A stretch of 64,000 nt of DNA, from contig JAJFHV010000002.1 of the NCBI GenBank assembly GCA_021775415.1, positions 98,581 to 162,580 on the forward strand, in the 5' to 3' direction. The stretch is from Hyphomicrobiales bacterium (lineage in GTDB: Bacteria > Pseudomonadota > Alphaproteobacteria > Rhizobiales > Rhizobiaceae). The notes beneath the pieces were generated by a model, which had not been told where the DNA came from, did no database searches, and worked only from the letters and a program-made list of their open reading frames with translations. The position numbers were made by a program, and so were the translations under genes. Shown here one piece after another: positions 50,361 through 59,296 of the stretch. The first letter of the stretch is position 1. Every line of letters starts with the position of its first letter.

Positions 50361-50738
50361 TTACTCTACGGGGTTCCACGCCTCGGCCAGTTGCTTTGCC
50401 TCAGCCAATTGAGCCGGCGTCAAGCGACGCTCCACATCATCCAGAATCTCATCCGCCAATGAGAATCCGCCGGCAGCTGCAATCGCGAACCATTTATAGG
50501 CGGCCACGTGATCGCGGGGTGCGCCATCTCCGTCAAGATAGGCCCAGCCGAGAATATACTGTGCATAGGCAACCCCTTGATTGGCCCGCGTTTGATACAA
50601 TTCGATAGCCGTGATGGATTTGTCGTTGGCGAGCGCGTCAGAGCTGGTTGGCCCCGTCAGCAGGGCAGCTGATTGGCAAATTGCGACAAACATTCTGGCA
50701 GAGGCGCGGCTGATCAAAGGGTTTCTCCTGTTTGACAT
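50361..50738 (-). CDS. Sel1-repeat (TPR-like) secreted protein
   Basis: 125 aa; signal peptide; Sel1-type repeats (GVAYAQYILGWAYLDGDGAPRDHVAAYKWF). Confidence 0.75.
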   Translation of the reverse strand: MSNRRNPLISRASARMFVAICQSAALLTGPTSSDALANDKSITAIELYQTRANQGVAYAQYILGWAYLDGDGAPRDHVAAYKWFAIAAAGGFSLADEILDDVERRLTPAQLAEAKQLAEAWNPVE

Positions 50739-50836
50739 TTTTATAGCCGTAACCGTTCACTCGATGCAATTGCACCAGTGTCATGAGCATTGTCTAGGGC
50801 AAATCAGCTACGTAAACATGTGCGATTAGCCTTTGT

Positions 50837-50875
50837 ACAAACGCGGGACCCGGATACCGGAAAGAAAAGCCCGTG
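50837..50875 (-). repeat. 39-nt dispersed repeat, copy B (inverted copy of 2343-2380)
   Basis: Its reverse complement is identical to 2343-2380 apart from one extra c inside the T run. Confidence 0.85.
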
Positions 50876-51006
50876 TGTGCAACGGCTACCGAGCCCCGTA
50901 TCTTTCATTTCACCCTGCGATGGCGATCACCCGGTGTTTGTGCAGAACGACAGTGCTAGGGATTATGAGTGAGGAATTTGGGGCGGGGATAGAATTTTTT
51001 GGAATA

Positions 51007-51034
51007 GGTCCGCTTTAGCCTCGAAATCGGACAT
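51007..51034 (+). repeat. REP-like palindromic element, copy 1
   Basis: ggtccgctttagcctcgaaatcggacat; gtccg/cggac stem. Confidence 0.6.
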
Positions 51035-51050
51035 ACGCGTTCCCGTTTTC

Positions 51051-51079
51051 AATGTCTGCTTTGTGCCAAGAGCGGACAC
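51051..51079 (+). repeat. REP-like palindromic element, copy 2
   Basis: aatgtctgctttgtgccaagagcggacac. Confidence 0.75.
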
Positions 51080-51080
51080 T

Positions 51081-51728
51081 TCAATCGGCGTAAAATTCCC
51101 TAAAGTACTCGATGTAATGGCTTTTCGGTCTAGTGATTGTACGCACTACATGATGGACGCGCATGGTTTCAAGCCAATCATGCAAGCGATCCAGACTGGT
51201 TGAAATCCGCACTCCGCGATACATTTCGACGTCGGCAAACCGCTCGAAGAATGGGTAGAAGGCAAAATCAACCAGACTTACGTCTTTGCCCATCCAGTAG
51301 GGTTGACCTTGCCCCTGTTCGGACAAGCCAACTTTGTCCATGAACGCCAGGTGCCCAAGAAGGTCGTCACGCCGTCTGTCGCGGTTTGTTCCAGGAGGCG
51401 ACTTCAGAAGATTGAAATAGGCAGGCATAAATCGGGTGTTGCAAAAATCAATCCAAAACCTGGCATTGGCGCGCATCCAGGGTTCAGTCGGGAGCAGTGC
51501 TGGTTCCCGGCAAATATCTTCCACATACTCACAAATCACACTGCTTTCATAAATTGATTTGCTGCCATGTTTGAGTACGGGAACGCGCCCATAGGGCGAA
51601 AGCTTTTCGGGGAACCTCGTCTTTTTGGTCAGATCCACCATCGACAGTTCGAACTCCATACCCTTTTCCCTCATAGCGAGAATGCAGCGAAGGCAGAACG
51701 GACAATAATCAGTCGCGATGAGTTCCAC
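51081..51728 (-). CDS. glutathione S-transferase family protein
   Basis: 215 aa; thioredoxin-like N-terminus with CPFC and VPVL...ESSVICEY, helical C-terminal domain. Confidence 0.85.
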   Translation of the reverse strand: MELIATDYCPFCLRCILAMREKGMEFELSMVDLTKKTRFPEKLSPYGRVPVLKHGSKSIYESSVICEYVEDICREPALLPTEPWMRANARFWIDFCNTRFMPAYFNLLKSPPGTNRDRRRDDLLGHLAFMDKVGLSEQGQGQPYWMGKDVSLVDFAFYPFFERFADVEMYRGVRISTSLDRLHDWLETMRVHHVVRTITRPKSHYIEYFREFYAD

Positions 51729-51797
51729 TGGCTAGACCTGTTGTTCAAATTGGATGTGCATGACACTTTATCTTTAGAGGTTCCGCAAACCAGACCA

Positions 51798-51827
51798 AAT
51801 GTCCGCTTAGCACCCGATAACGGACAC
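51798..51827 (+). repeat. REP-like palindromic element, copy 3
   Basis: aatgtccgcttagcacccgataacggacac. Confidence 0.7.
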
Positions 51828-51929
51828 CTGTTTCAAATCGCAACGCTACAAGAACTGAATTTAATCGCTACTGATCGCACGACCATGAATGGCCCAGTTA
51901 TGTATACAAGCTGAGTAGCTTGCGGGTGT

Positions 51930-52289
51930 TCATGATGCGTTTCCTGTTCCTCCCCATTTGGCATGACGAATACACAGTTTCTCATCGAGGAAGAATATTA
52001 CGGGTCCCGACAATCCATTTAAGTGATCCCAGCGACCATACATGCTTTTGCGGTGGCTGGAGTACCGCAGGGTTAGAGCCCAATCACCCTTGTTGTAGAT
52101 TCCAGTAATCAGATCACCCTTTGCTTTGAGATCAATTGGACCGACGGCTGCAATCCAACGACCGGACACGTCTTGCAGGAATTGAGTCTGCTCTGCGCAA
52201 TTCAGGAAGTTCGCGGCGTAGGCGGTCTGCAGGAATGCAAATAGCATTCCAATGGCAGTTAACAACGTGTGCGTAATGAATCTGGCCAT
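51930..52289 (-). CDS. secreted protein (hypothetical)
   Basis: 119 aa; signal peptide ...LQTAYA/AN; lies 20 nt downstream of the preceding gene. Confidence 0.55.
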   Translation of the reverse strand: MARFITHTLLTAIGMLFAFLQTAYAANFLNCAEQTQFLQDVSGRWIAAVGPIDLKAKGDLITGIYNKGDWALTLRYSSHRKSMYGRWDHLNGLSGPVIFFLDEKLCIRHAKWGGTGNAS

Positions 52290-52309
52290 GAGGGTATGTA
52301 GGCTTTCCC

Positions 52310-53338
52310 CTATTCACAAATGAACGAATAAACCCCGTCGCGGGGCGCTGAGAGCAAATAGCTCTTCTTTCCATGTTTAAAACAATGTGTCTTAGCCGCT
52401 GAATAAACCGTTTCATCAGACCATTGTTCGCGCAATTCGATCTCGGTTTTGGAGCTTTTAACAACTGTAGGCACATCGGCTGCAAGCGCCTCAGAATCCA
52501 CATCCATGTCCCTTGTTAAAAACCGAATGAGCGCGGCTCGCGATTTCGGATACCAGCTTACATAGTGGGCCGGTCTGTCGAGAACGACCGCAACGCCATC
52601 CGCTCTTGTTTTGATAAAACTTTCACAATCGACGCCAAAACCTGGGTTTTTTTGATACCAGGGATCATTTTTGGAAACAGCAGAATATATGCGTACGCTT
52701 TCAGGTGCCCGAATACCATCAAACAACGGGTTAGGTCCACGACATCCCCATCCTTCAATCACATGCCCAGCAAATTCTGCCCCCTGATAGTGAGCTGCAA
52801 CCATCCCGCCAACACCACTTCCAATCAAAAACAGGTTCTTCCGGTCGATCCATGAATATTCGCCCAACCGCTGAACTGCATAGTCGAGTTCAGCTTTTTG
52901 GAAAGCTACTGTGAGATCAAAATTTGCGATGAACTTCTCGCGCTCCTCATTACACCCTAAGGGTCGATAGTCGCGGGCAAAGGAATTTGGTGCAATGACC
53001 ACAAATCCCAGCTTAGCCAATCGCCGCAAATCTTCACGATGATGGCCAAGCCCTTCGCAGGAATGGAGATAGAGAACTGTTGGTAAAGTATCCCCATCCT
53101 GCTTCCTGCTAATGGCCTCAGAGAGACGGGCTCCTTGTATAGGACCAATGTTAGAATTGTCGCCAATCGCTAGCGGCAGGAACACCAACGCCTGAGACCA
53201 AGTTCGATCAAGCTCTTCACTATTGGAAACCAACAGCCAATTTGGTTGTTGTAAATGATTGTGGTCAGTAGCAGCCACTAAGCCAATCCATGCATATGAA
53301 AAGACAAATATCAAAATTAGTGTAGTCAGTGTTTTCAT
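52310..53338 (-). CDS. secreted alpha/beta-hydrolase-fold-like protein (dienelactone-hydrolase-like, tentative)
   Basis: Start at the ATG at 53338 (MKTLTTLILIF... signal peptide); the fold call rests on weak pattern similarity only. Confidence 0.5.
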   Translation of the reverse strand: MKTLTTLILIFVFSYAWIGLVAATDHNHLQQPNWLLVSNSEELDRTWSQALVFLPLAIGDNSNIGPIQGARLSEAISRKQDGDTLPTVLYLHSCEGLGHHREDLRRLAKLGFVVIAPNSFARDYRPLGCNEEREKFIANFDLTVAFQKAELDYAVQRLGEYSWIDRKNLFLIGSGVGGMVAAHYQGAEFAGHVIEGWGCRGPNPLFDGIRAPESVRIYSAVSKNDPWYQKNPGFGVDCESFIKTRADGVAVVLDRPAHYVSWYPKSRAALIRFLTRDMDVDSEALAADVPTVVKSSKTEIELREQWSDETVYSAAKTHCFKHGKKSYLLSAPRDGVYSFICE

Positions 53339-53404
53339 GACATGGCTCAAAGAATTGAAGAAGCTTCGAAACATCCATCTTAGTTTCTATCAGCAATCAA
53401 CTCG

Positions 53405-53434
53405 AATGTCCGTTTTACCTCCGAAAGCTGACAT
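53405..53434 (+). repeat. REP-like palindromic element, copy 4
   Basis: aatgtccgttttacctccgaaagctgacat. Confidence 0.6.
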
Positions 53435-53644
53435 ACATTGCGACCGCTATCCCTTCCCATACCCACCGGCAGCCGGGATGCTGACAATTACTGCATTGCC
53501 TGCCACAGACTGAAGTCTGATCGCTGCCGCTTCCTTCTTAAAACACAACAGTTTTGTCTTATTTTTTTGGTGCTTTGAGTTTAGGCTGAATTCAATTTGT
53601 GATCTAACGCTGTTTACCACACGTTGTGCGGCCTGGGGTTCGAG

Positions 53645-54532
53645 ATGAAGATTGTCACCTACAATATTCAATATGCACTCGGAAAGGATCTGCAATACGA
53701 TCTGGGGCGCATCGTTGACGCAGTGCGGACTGCGGATATCATTGCGTTGCAGGAAGTGGAACGCAATCACGGTTCGGAAGAGCAAAGCCAACCGGAGGTC
53801 ATTGCGAGCCTCTTGCCAGATTATTACTGGGTGTATGATGCGGCATTTGATATCGATGGCAGCACGAAGGACAATTCTGGTCGCGTATCCAATCGGAGAA
53901 AACAGCACGGCCAAATGATCCTTTCCCGTTGGCCGATCCATACGAAAAGATATTTTCCGTTACCACGACTAGGTCTGGATCACATACTCAACATGCAGCT
54001 TGGTGTGCTCGAAGGTCTCATAGATGTGCCCAATGCACCGCTTCGAATTTATACAGCTCACTTTGGCTCGGAAGACAACAATGAGCGACAGGAACAGGCG
54101 CGATATCTCCGACGGCTTGTCCAGGAGGTTCCATCACGCGGGGGTGCCTGGACTGGCCCTGCTAATATTGGCACTGACCGGGATTGGAGTGGGGGATTGA
54201 AACTTCTTTCGATGCCTGAAAATGCCGTAATTCTTGGTGACTTCAATATGGAACCGGATTCGCCGGAATATCGACTGCTTGTTGAAGAAAATCTGCAGGA
54301 TGGAACTGCCGGGTTTGTTGATGCGAGGCTTCATGAAGACGGTGAGGTGGAAACATGGCATCCGCTTGCTAATCGAGCGGATGGAACTACCGATAGCATG
54401 CGGCTCGATTATTGCTTCGTTACATCGGGTCTTTCTAAACAAATTGATGCATCCTGGGTTGATTGCCAGGCAAAAGGGTCTGATCATCAGCCCGTTTGGC
54501 TATCTCTTAAAACTCCCGGTTTTACTGATTAA
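53645..54532 (+). CDS. endonuclease/exonuclease/phosphatase (EEP) family protein
   Basis: Start at the ATG at 53645 (MKIVTYNIQ); EEP motifs ALQEV, GDFN, SDHQPV. Confidence 0.85.
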   Translation: MKIVTYNIQYALGKDLQYDLGRIVDAVRTADIIALQEVERNHGSEEQSQPEVIASLLPDYYWVYDAAFDIDGSTKDNSGRVSNRRKQHGQMILSRWPIHTKRYFPLPRLGLDHILNMQLGVLEGLIDVPNAPLRIYTAHFGSEDNNERQEQARYLRRLVQEVPSRGGAWTGPANIGTDRDWSGGLKLLSMPENAVILGDFNMEPDSPEYRLLVEENLQDGTAGFVDARLHEDGEVETWHPLANRADGTTDSMRLDYCFVTSGLSKQIDASWVDCQAKGSDHQPVWLSLKTPGFTD

Positions 54533-54769
54533 CAGGCAAGCCGGAAAACAATGACGAACTTGTGATGATCTGGGGTTTCAACCGCAGAATTCGGCCTTTT
54601 CCCTCGATAGTCAGTCATTTCCGGAATGATGATCAACTTGATCTAAGGGCGAAAACGTGCCTCCATGTAAGGTAGCTGCAGTCACACATGTGACAAACAC
54701 CTGAAAATTGCTATCGAGAGCATTAAACAAAAGCAAAATTGGGCAGCCTACAATGGGAGGAGTATGGAA

Positions 54770-56377
54770 ATGAAGAAAGAAATTTATCTGAAACGAGAGG
54801 CAGAAAAGCTGACCGCTGGTCATATCGACCGTCGCCAGTTTATCATGTCTGCACTTGCTGCTGGTGTCGTATTGCCGACAGCGCTTACAATGGCTGGTGA
54901 TGCAATCGCCGCGACACCGAAAAAGGGTGGAACTTTCAGGCACGGAACAGCCTATGGTTCAACGACGGACTCGCTTGATACAGCGACCTATGAAAATGGG
55001 TTCATGTCGAACACCTGGGGTGCATATGGCAACAATCTGACAGAAGTGGGTACCGACGGTCAGTTGCAGCCTGAACTGGCTGAAAGCTATAGTGCTTCCG
55101 ATGACGCCAAGACTTGGAGATTCAAGCTTCGCAAAGGCGTAGAATTCCACAATGGCAAGACATTGACAGCAGACGATGTAATCGCCTCCTTTAATCACCA
55201 TCGTGGGGAAGATACCAAATCGGCAGCGAAAGGCCTCCTGACACCAGTTGTAGACATCACCAAAGATGGCGATGATACCGTCGTGATTGAGCTTGATGCC
55301 GGGAATGCTGACTTCCCGTTCATTGTTAGTGATTATCATCTGATGATCATTCCAGATGTTGGGGAAGGCAAAGTTGATCCGATTGGCATTAGTACTGGTC
55401 CGTACAAGATCGAGGAGTTTGAGCCAGGAGTCCGCATGCGGGCGACACGCAATCCAAACTACTGGAAAGAGGGACGTGGTCATTTCGATGAAGTGGAACT
55501 TTTATCGCTAATCGACGTGGCGGCCAGACAGAATGCTGTCATGAACGGTGATGTCGATCACATTGACCGGGTTGATCCCAAAACGGTGAATTTGTTGGCA
55601 CGTAACCCGAACCTCAACATTATTGAGACAACGGGAACCCTGCATTACACGTTCCCCATGCGGCTAGACACTCCGCCGTTTGATAACCTGGATCTTCGGC
55701 TGGCATTAAAACATGCAATCAACCGCCAGGAAATGGTCGACAAAATCCTGCTGGGTCATGGCCTTGTCGGCAATGATCATCCGATATCGGTTGCTAACCA
55801 GTTCCATAATGGCGATCTTGCCCAGAGGGAATATGATCCGGAAAAGGCTGCTTTCCATTACAAGAAATCCGGCCATAGCGGTGCAATTCCTTTGTCTTCT
55901 TCAGACGCTGCATTTGCTGGAGCGGTAGATGCTGCACAGCTTATCAAGTCGTCTGCTGCAGCGGCTGGTATTGAAATTGATGTGGTTCGTGAACCCAGCG
56001 ATGGTTACTGGTCAAATGTTTGGAACAAAAAGGGTTGGTGCGCATGTTACTGGGGTGGACGTCCAACGGAAGACTGGATGTTCTCATCCGCTTACGTGGA
56101 CAGCACCGAGTGGAACGATACCGCCTGGAAAACCACTGACGCGTCTGCCAAGTTCAACAAACTTGTCCTTGAAGCGCGTGCCGAACTCGACCAGGACAAA
56201 CGGCGGACGATTTACGCCGAGTGCCAGAAACTCATTCATGAGGATGGGGGTGCGATTGTTCCAATGTGGGCAAACTACATTCATGCCAGCAGCAAGAAAT
56301 TAGCACATGGTGAGAATATTGCCGGTAACTGGGAAAGTGACGGCAATAAAATCGCTGAACGCTGGTGGTTTGCATAA
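54770..56377 (+). CDS. ABC transporter substrate-binding protein, family 5 (peptide/nickel/opine type), Tat signal
   Basis: GGGAGGAG RBS 7 nt before the ATG at 54770; twin-arginine DRRQFIMSALAAG; SBP_bac_5-like throughout. Confidence 0.9.
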   Translation: MKKEIYLKREAEKLTAGHIDRRQFIMSALAAGVVLPTALTMAGDAIAATPKKGGTFRHGTAYGSTTDSLDTATYENGFMSNTWGAYGNNLTEVGTDGQLQPELAESYSASDDAKTWRFKLRKGVEFHNGKTLTADDVIASFNHHRGEDTKSAAKGLLTPVVDITKDGDDTVVIELDAGNADFPFIVSDYHLMIIPDVGEGKVDPIGISTGPYKIEEFEPGVRMRATRNPNYWKEGRGHFDEVELLSLIDVAARQNAVMNGDVDHIDRVDPKTVNLLARNPNLNIIETTGTLHYTFPMRLDTPPFDNLDLRLALKHAINRQEMVDKILLGHGLVGNDHPISVANQFHNGDLAQREYDPEKAAFHYKKSGHSGAIPLSSSDAAFAGAVDAAQLIKSSAAAAGIEIDVVREPSDGYWSNVWNKKGWCACYWGGRPTEDWMFSSAYVDSTEWNDTAWKTTDASAKFNKLVLEARAELDQDKRRTIYAECQKLIHEDGGAIVPMWANYIHASSKKLAHGENIAGNWESDGNKIAERWWFA

Positions 56378-56408
56378 GCAATAATCGGCATTGAATATAC
56401 AAATAGTC

Positions 56409-56438
56409 GGCGGCAGGGAGACTTGCCGCCTTATTTGT
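56409..56438 (+). terminator. rho-independent terminator after the SBP gene
   Basis: ggcggca / tgccgcc stem followed by ttatttgt. Confidence 0.7.
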
Positions 56439-56535
56439 GTCGTTATGGATCGACGACAATAGCGCTATTTTACTCTGTGACTTGATAAGATTTGCTAGCC
56501 AGTATGGAAAGCATCATCTACAGAGGCGAATTGGA

Positions 56536-56564
56536 AATATCCGCTTTGTGCCACGAGCGGACAT
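56536..56564 (+). repeat. REP-like palindromic element, copy 5
   Basis: aatatccgctttgtgccacgagcggacat. Confidence 0.75.
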
Positions 56565-56601
56565 TGTATCACCAGCATTATTCTTTTGATAAAATTGTCT
56601 T

Positions 56602-57036
56602 ATGAAATCCCCAACTCGATCTTGTAACCCCAAATTGTTGGAGTGCGCATGCGGTTTGATTCTTAGTCAGAACTACATTCTTCTCGGGTTTCGAGCGGTG
56701 GACAGAAAAACTTATCCGAATGTTTGGGATGTGTTCGGTGGCCACGTCGAGGATGGTGAAACAACAGAAGAAGCGCTTGTGCGAGAACTGCGTGAGGAAC
56801 TTGATATCACGCCAACAGAATTTACCTACTTGGAAAGCCTAAACAAAAATTTGGCAGAAACAAACGTCAGTTACACCCATCATTTTTTCACGGTCACAGC
56901 GTGGTCTGGCAGTGGTCCTTCGCTTGTCGGCACTGAACATTCGGAGATACGTTGGCATACGCTTGAGGAAGCCCTGGTGCTAAAACTCGCGTTTTCAGAA
57001 TACAGGCAGATGTTCACCAACAACATCAGCCAGTGA
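56602..57036 (+). CDS. NUDIX hydrolase (MutT-like)
   Basis: 144 aa; Nudix box GGHVEDGETTEEALVRELREELDI. Confidence 0.85.
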   Translation: MKSPTRSCNPKLLECACGLILSQNYILLGFRAVDRKTYPNVWDVFGGHVEDGETTEEALVRELREELDITPTEFTYLESLNKNLAETNVSYTHHFFTVTAWSGSGPSLVGTEHSEIRWHTLEEALVLKLAFSEYRQMFTNNISQ

Positions 57037-57046
57037 CCCGCCGAAC

Positions 57047-57075
57047 CATATCTGCTTTGTGCCACTGGCAAGCAT
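57047..57075 (+). repeat. REP-like element, degenerate copy 6
   Basis: catatctgctttgtgccactggcaagcat; it shares the ctgctttgtgcca core, but the right arm is decayed. Confidence 0.5.
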
Positions 57076-57124
57076 TGGAGTCCAAACCAGATGTAGCAAA
57101 GTCTTTAGGTGACCCCATCCCTCT

Positions 57125-58279
57125 TCAAAAGCGAGGAAGCGGGAGATAGCTATCCGTCCGATCATAGTCGCCTTCCTTTTTGTATAATTCGACGGCACGA
57201 GCGAGCGCATCTTCGTCCAGTTCGACACCCAGCCCCATTCCTTCAGGAACAGAAACATATCCGTTTTCAAATTTGAAGGGGCCGCCCGCGATCACATCGT
57301 CCGTATACCATCTCAGCAACGATTGACTTGGCTGATCGGCGTAAGGGCGGGCAGCAAGTATGTGAAGTAATGCTGCGCCGGCTACTCCAAGATCGCCACT
57401 GTATCCCCATATACCGATACCAAGCCGCTCGCACCGGTCGATAAGGGAGAGCATTCCTCCAATGCCTCCGCACGTTGCAGGATCGCAACAAATATTGTCG
57501 GGAACACCGTGATGTGCGGCAGAATCGACATCCACATCATGAGAAGAAAATGGCACTTTCGTACGTTTTCTGAGCGCTACCAGCTCGTCAATACTTCCTA
57601 CAGGCTCCTCAATGTTCTCAATGCCGAAGGGCGCAACACAATCTAAAATGTATGCCGCAGTATCAACGCTCCACGCCATATTAGCGTCGATCCTGATCAT
57701 TTTGTCATCGCCGACTGCTTTGCGAACAGCTTCAATGAGGCGAATGTCTTCATCGGGGGTCAGTACCCCTACCTTTCCCTCAAACCACGGAGATCCATGA
57801 TCTTTGGCCATACTTCCGCAATAATCGGCAATTTCCCCTATGCTGTTCTCGCGGCCAACGCGTGGCGCAAAGTATTCTGTGCATGGCAGTTCCAGGCGGG
57901 TCGCACCACCCAGAAGATCGTACAAAGGTATTCCTTTACTCCGTGCAGTAGCATCCCATAGCGCCATCTCCACACCGGCGCACGCCCTTTGTAAAGTTGC
58001 ATCTTCCGTGTGCTCCCACCTCCAATAATCGGCGGTTCCCTGGACTGGTGTTCTATTGGCTATTGCATCAATTACACGGTCCGTTTCATTGTTTAGCATA
58101 CCGGCGTCGTGGGCTTGCGGGGTCTCTCCAAGTCCAACGACACCGTCCTTTGTGGTTATCCTAATGATCGTGCGGCTCATGCCTGAGTGGACGGCATAAG
58201 AGTATTGGTAGGGTGCATCCAGCCTTACGTTAACGGGCCATGCTTCGATCAGATGCGGTTTCAAGAGGTTGTGAGTCAT
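57125..58279 (-). CDS. enolase-superfamily enzyme (mandelate racemase/muconate lactonizing family)
   Basis: Start moved to the ATG at 58279 (MTHNLLKPHLIE); metal-ligand blocks RIDANMAW and IENIEEPV; a REP copy lies in the rejected N-terminal extension. Confidence 0.8.
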   Translation of the reverse strand: MTHNLLKPHLIEAWPVNVRLDAPYQYSYAVHSGMSRTIIRITTKDGVVGLGETPQAHDAGMLNNETDRVIDAIANRTPVQGTADYWRWEHTEDATLQRACAGVEMALWDATARSKGIPLYDLLGGATRLELPCTEYFAPRVGRENSIGEIADYCGSMAKDHGSPWFEGKVGVLTPDEDIRLIEAVRKAVGDDKMIRIDANMAWSVDTAAYILDCVAPFGIENIEEPVGSIDELVALRKRTKVPFSSHDVDVDSAAHHGVPDNICCDPATCGGIGGMLSLIDRCERLGIGIWGYSGDLGVAGAALLHILAARPYADQPSQSLLRWYTDDVIAGGPFKFENGYVSVPEGMGLGVELDEDALARAVELYKKEGDYDRTDSYLPLPRF

Positions 58280-58366
58280 TTTGCGTGGTGCGTTCGAGTG
58301 TTGCAGTGTGGTAATGTTTAATCGGAATTGACGACAAATGGAAAATTGAACTGTTTGCCCGTCGCC

Positions 58367-58396
58367 GATGCCTGCTTTGTGCCAGTAACGGAAGTC
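58367..58396 (+). repeat. REP-like element, degenerate copy 7
   Basis: gatgcctgctttgtgccagtaacggaagtc. Confidence 0.5.
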
Positions 58397-58628
58397 GAGC
58401 CAGTCGATACAGAGGTCTGCTTTACCCTTTGATGCGAACATCGATATCTGGTATGCACAGAGGGCGTTTTATTGGCACTCTGCATTTCCGGACGCTGTAA
58501 GTGATAAATTTATTGTTTGTCGTATTGAGACTGTTATTATAAGATATCCCCATCTCCAAAATCTGTATGGGGATACTGGTAGCTGCATCTTGACCGGGTA
58601 ACATGATCTACCTACCATTGATTGTATT

Positions 58629-59195
58629 GTGTCGGGATTGGGCTATCGCGTGAAAAAAACATCGTTTTCTGCATTGCTGGTGATTGCACTGCTTGGTGTA
58701 CCTGGTGTCGCACAAGCCGCCGATGATATTGATTTTACCAACAATGTGCTGTTTTCCGATTCCATTACAGGGCCGCGATACTATCTGGGTTTCGGTGCCG
58801 ACAATGTAAGCTCCAGCCAGGGGTTTGATCCGACACCTTACGGCATGATTGAATTCGCTTCGGCAGTTCAGGATGAAGTAACGGGCCTTCGTACCCGAGC
58901 GGGCGCTGAAGTGTCTGGGGTAGGTGTCTGGGGTGGAGCGGGCTTTTCCATTGAACATGTGTTTGAGAATTCGCCTTATTACGTGGAAGCGAGTATCCTT
59001 GCGGGACTCTACACCGATGCCGGCGATCTGGACCTTGGTGTTGCAGTTGAGTTCCGTTCGCAAATTATGGTCGGTTACCATTTTCAAAATGGTTACGACC
59101 TTGCCTTCGGTCTTACGCATAAATCAAATGCAGGTCTTGGGGAAAGCAATCCCGGAGCTGAAACCCTTTATCTGCGGCTGGGCAAAGGGTATTAG
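58629..59195 (+). CDS. lipid A deacylase (PagL-like) / acyloxyacyl hydrolase family outer-membrane protein
   Basis: 188 aa (the start may be the GTG at 58650); signal peptide ...GVAQA/AD; catalytic-type block GLTHKSNAGLG and a C-terminal aromatic residue. Confidence 0.7.
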   Translation: MSGLGYRVKKTSFSALLVIALLGVPGVAQAADDIDFTNNVLFSDSITGPRYYLGFGADNVSSSQGFDPTPYGMIEFASAVQDEVTGLRTRAGAEVSGVGVWGGAGFSIEHVFENSPYYVEASILAGLYTDAGDLDLGVAVEFRSQIMVGYHFQNGYDLAFGLTHKSNAGLGESNPGAETLYLRLGKGY

Positions 59196-59254
59196 GAACT
59201 TCTCCTTTTTTCAGTGTAGCCACAATCATCTGAGCTTGCGGGCAATTTCTCTAT

Positions 59255-59284
59255 CTATGTCCGCTTTGGGTCATTAGCAGACAT
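59255..59284 (+). repeat. REP-like palindromic element, copy 8
   Basis: ctatgtccgctttgggtcattagcagacat. Confidence 0.7.
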
Positions 59285-59296
59285 TGCAACCGCTCT

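Noticed and set aside
58608-59120. 170-aa minus-strand ORF antisense to the PagL-like gene
   Set aside because: The plus-strand frame has a signal peptide and the HxSNxG catalytic block of lipid A deacylases. The minus-strand frame has no recognisable features.
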